DNA of 64,000 nt, from the NCBI GenBank assembly GCA_036867785.1, contig CP145412.1, positions 434,001 through 498,000 on the forward strand, in the 5' to 3' direction. Position numbers and translations under genes: made by a program. This document shows positions 62,144-64,000 of the stretch, one piece after another; positions within the stretch are counted from its first letter, which is position 1; each line of letters starts with the position of its first letter. Source of the stretch: Plasmodiophora brassicae. Taxonomy: Eukaryota. The notes beneath the pieces were generated by a model. That model was not told the DNA's origin. It saw only the letters and a program-made list of their open reading frames with translations, and searched no databases.

Positions 62144-64000
62144 TTAGAAATCTGCTAACAGTCGTGAGCAGAGCGGGTCTCCTTCGGCTTGTCGTTCGAG
62201 GAAGGCCCTGACGATATCAGGAACATCGGCCGCCATGACCGAGTAAGGTTCCCATGAATTGTCGGTGGCATCGAATCCGATCCAGTTGATCAGTAGTTCA
62301 GTGTCACCTGACGTAGAGTTGACTCGAATGTCCTCGACTGCGTTGACTTGGTAAGCCACGCCGGTGAGCGCGATGTTGTGCTTCAGGGAAGAGGTGACAT
62401 TCAAGTGCGCATCTGCATAGAACATTAAGCGCTGGGCGTGTACATCTGAGATACGATCAGTCAAGAGATCTCGAACTCGATACACCCAGTCGTTGATGGT
62501 GTCGATAATCTGGGCAGGTCCAGTCCAGTTGTACTCGGACTTGGAGTGCTTGCCATGGTTGGCCACGAGAACATAGTCGCCCGTCGTGAAGTTGATCTCG
62601 CGAACATTGCGTCGGCGACGCCGGGCGCGTTGCTTGAGATCACGTAGATGGGTGCGTGTACGTGCCACTGCTTTGTGCATGTCCTCGAGAGAATCGATAA
62701 GTTCCGTCGTCATTTCCTTGAGACGGTCAGGGGTCAACGGTACGTCGATAACCGCGTCGATGCGTTTGTTGAAGATAATCGAGATAGGTGTCGAGGGTGG
62801 CAAACCCGTAAACATCGTGACAGGCGCGTAGCCCACACTTGATCGAACAGTGTGATTTACCGTCATGTTGATCAGCGGAAGGACATACGGCCAATCCTGG
62901 AATGGAAGATTTAGCTCGGAGAGGAGGGACTTCAGCAGAAAGAGAAGCCGCTTGTTGACAACCTCAACCGTGCCGTTCGCCCAAGGTGTGTAGGCAGTTG
63001 TGAAATGATGGTTGCAGTGTAACCGGCTATTAAGCTCGGCGATAACCGCGTTTTTGAAGTGTGTGCCGCGGTCAGAGACATGTTGGAAAACAATGCCGAA
63101 ACGTTTGAACCAATCCAGAAGAGATTCGGCGACAACGCTGTGATCCGCGAATTGACAAGGAATTAACTCGACGAATGCCGTGGCGTCGTCCTTCAGAACC
63201 AGAACATAACGAAGTTGATGAGAATCGCCTGGACGAGGTTTGGATAAGAACAGAAAGTCATAGTGGATGACCTTATTGGGCTTGTCCGCATGCATAGCCG
63301 TGCCAAAAGGTCGGGGAATCATCGAATCTTTGTTGCGTAGGCAGTGTAAGCATTTGTCCACAAATGCACGAACAAAGGAATCCAGATCAGGCCACCAGAA
63401 GAGTTGTGCGATGCTCGAAATAGTCGATGCAGCAGGTTGATGACCAGACAGTCCCATATGTGAAATCACTGCGATGCGTAGCTGCAGTGCATGTGATGGT
63501 ACCCAGAGTTGATTGTCTGGAGTACGCCAGCCAGATTCCGGGCTAAGGTGGAGAGACATGTCCCCTTCGAGTTGGAGAATATCGGAAACGGCAGATAGGT
63601 CGTGTTGGCGAATGTAGTCGGTCTGAGCGTTACTAATCTCGTCGACAGACGGCCAGATAAACTCATCGGTCATCTTGTAATCGTCGAAGTCAAGATTAAT
63701 TGCCATATGACGAATAGAACGGAACGATGGAGGGGAAAATGAGGAGAGTGGTTGCAGGGCGACGCCCCACCGCGTGGCGAGGTCGGCCCAAACGTTGTCC
63801 TCCCCAGCAATGTGCTCAATGTGAAAATCTAGGTCGATAATCTGAAGTCGCCAGCGCTCCAAGCGATCGCCGGTCGTCCGACTAATTCGTGCAACCGAGG
63901 CTGGGTTCAGAATGAAAACCAAATTACGGTGGTCTGTGAAGATTCGAAGTGCCAGCTTTGACATAGAGATGAAGTGTCTGAGGCGATAGCAGCCTTCAAT
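62144..64000 (-). mobile_element. Ty3/Gypsy chromovirus-like LTR retrotransposon pol (RNase H end, integrase, chromodomain); truncated by window edge
   Basis: FTDHRNL..RLERW..HIAGEDNVWADLATR (RNase H), H..GH..CxxC zinc finger, D,D(35)E (IHYDF, SDRGTHF, NGTVE), WTGP module, chromodomain LLINWIGF...SWEP. Confidence 0.96.

Overview
Compact, GC-rich eukaryotic nuclear DNA with about 33 protein genes, short (~50-70 nt) GT-AG introns carrying CTRAY-like branch points, and very short intergenic gaps. The style and gene content (two chitin/polysaccharide deacetylases, H+-PPase, Fe-SOD, secreted proteins) suggest a protist, possibly a plasmodiophorid such as Plasmodiophora. That assignment is inference only. 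Recognisable housekeeping genes: dynamin-related GTPase, Vps68/TMEM50, calcineurin-B-like protein, coronin, PME-1, TVP38/DedA, GPD2, Rpn13, PIP5K, FPPS, Cu/Zn-SOD, RlmE/MRM2, DOCK GEF, IVD, H+-PPase, ZIP, Fe-SOD, RPL5. The window ends inside a chromodomain-bearing Ty3/Gypsy retrotransposon. The top candidate for an undescribed system is a pair of intronless, paralogous, apparently mitochondrion-targeted PPR proteins ending in DYW/DFW cytidine-deaminase domains, the plant C-to-U organellar RNA-editing architecture, in a genome that does not look like a land plant. Other oddities: a secreted AGC-type pseudokinase, a deacetylase with an altered metal site, a Cu/Zn-SOD lacking a disulfide Cys, a 7TM receptor-like gene with an internally deleted pseudogene copy, and a 54-aa three-exon STMP1-like microprotein missed by the ORF track. 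Multi-exon boundaries were read by eye and are approximate. No rRNA, tRNA or CRISPR array was recognised.
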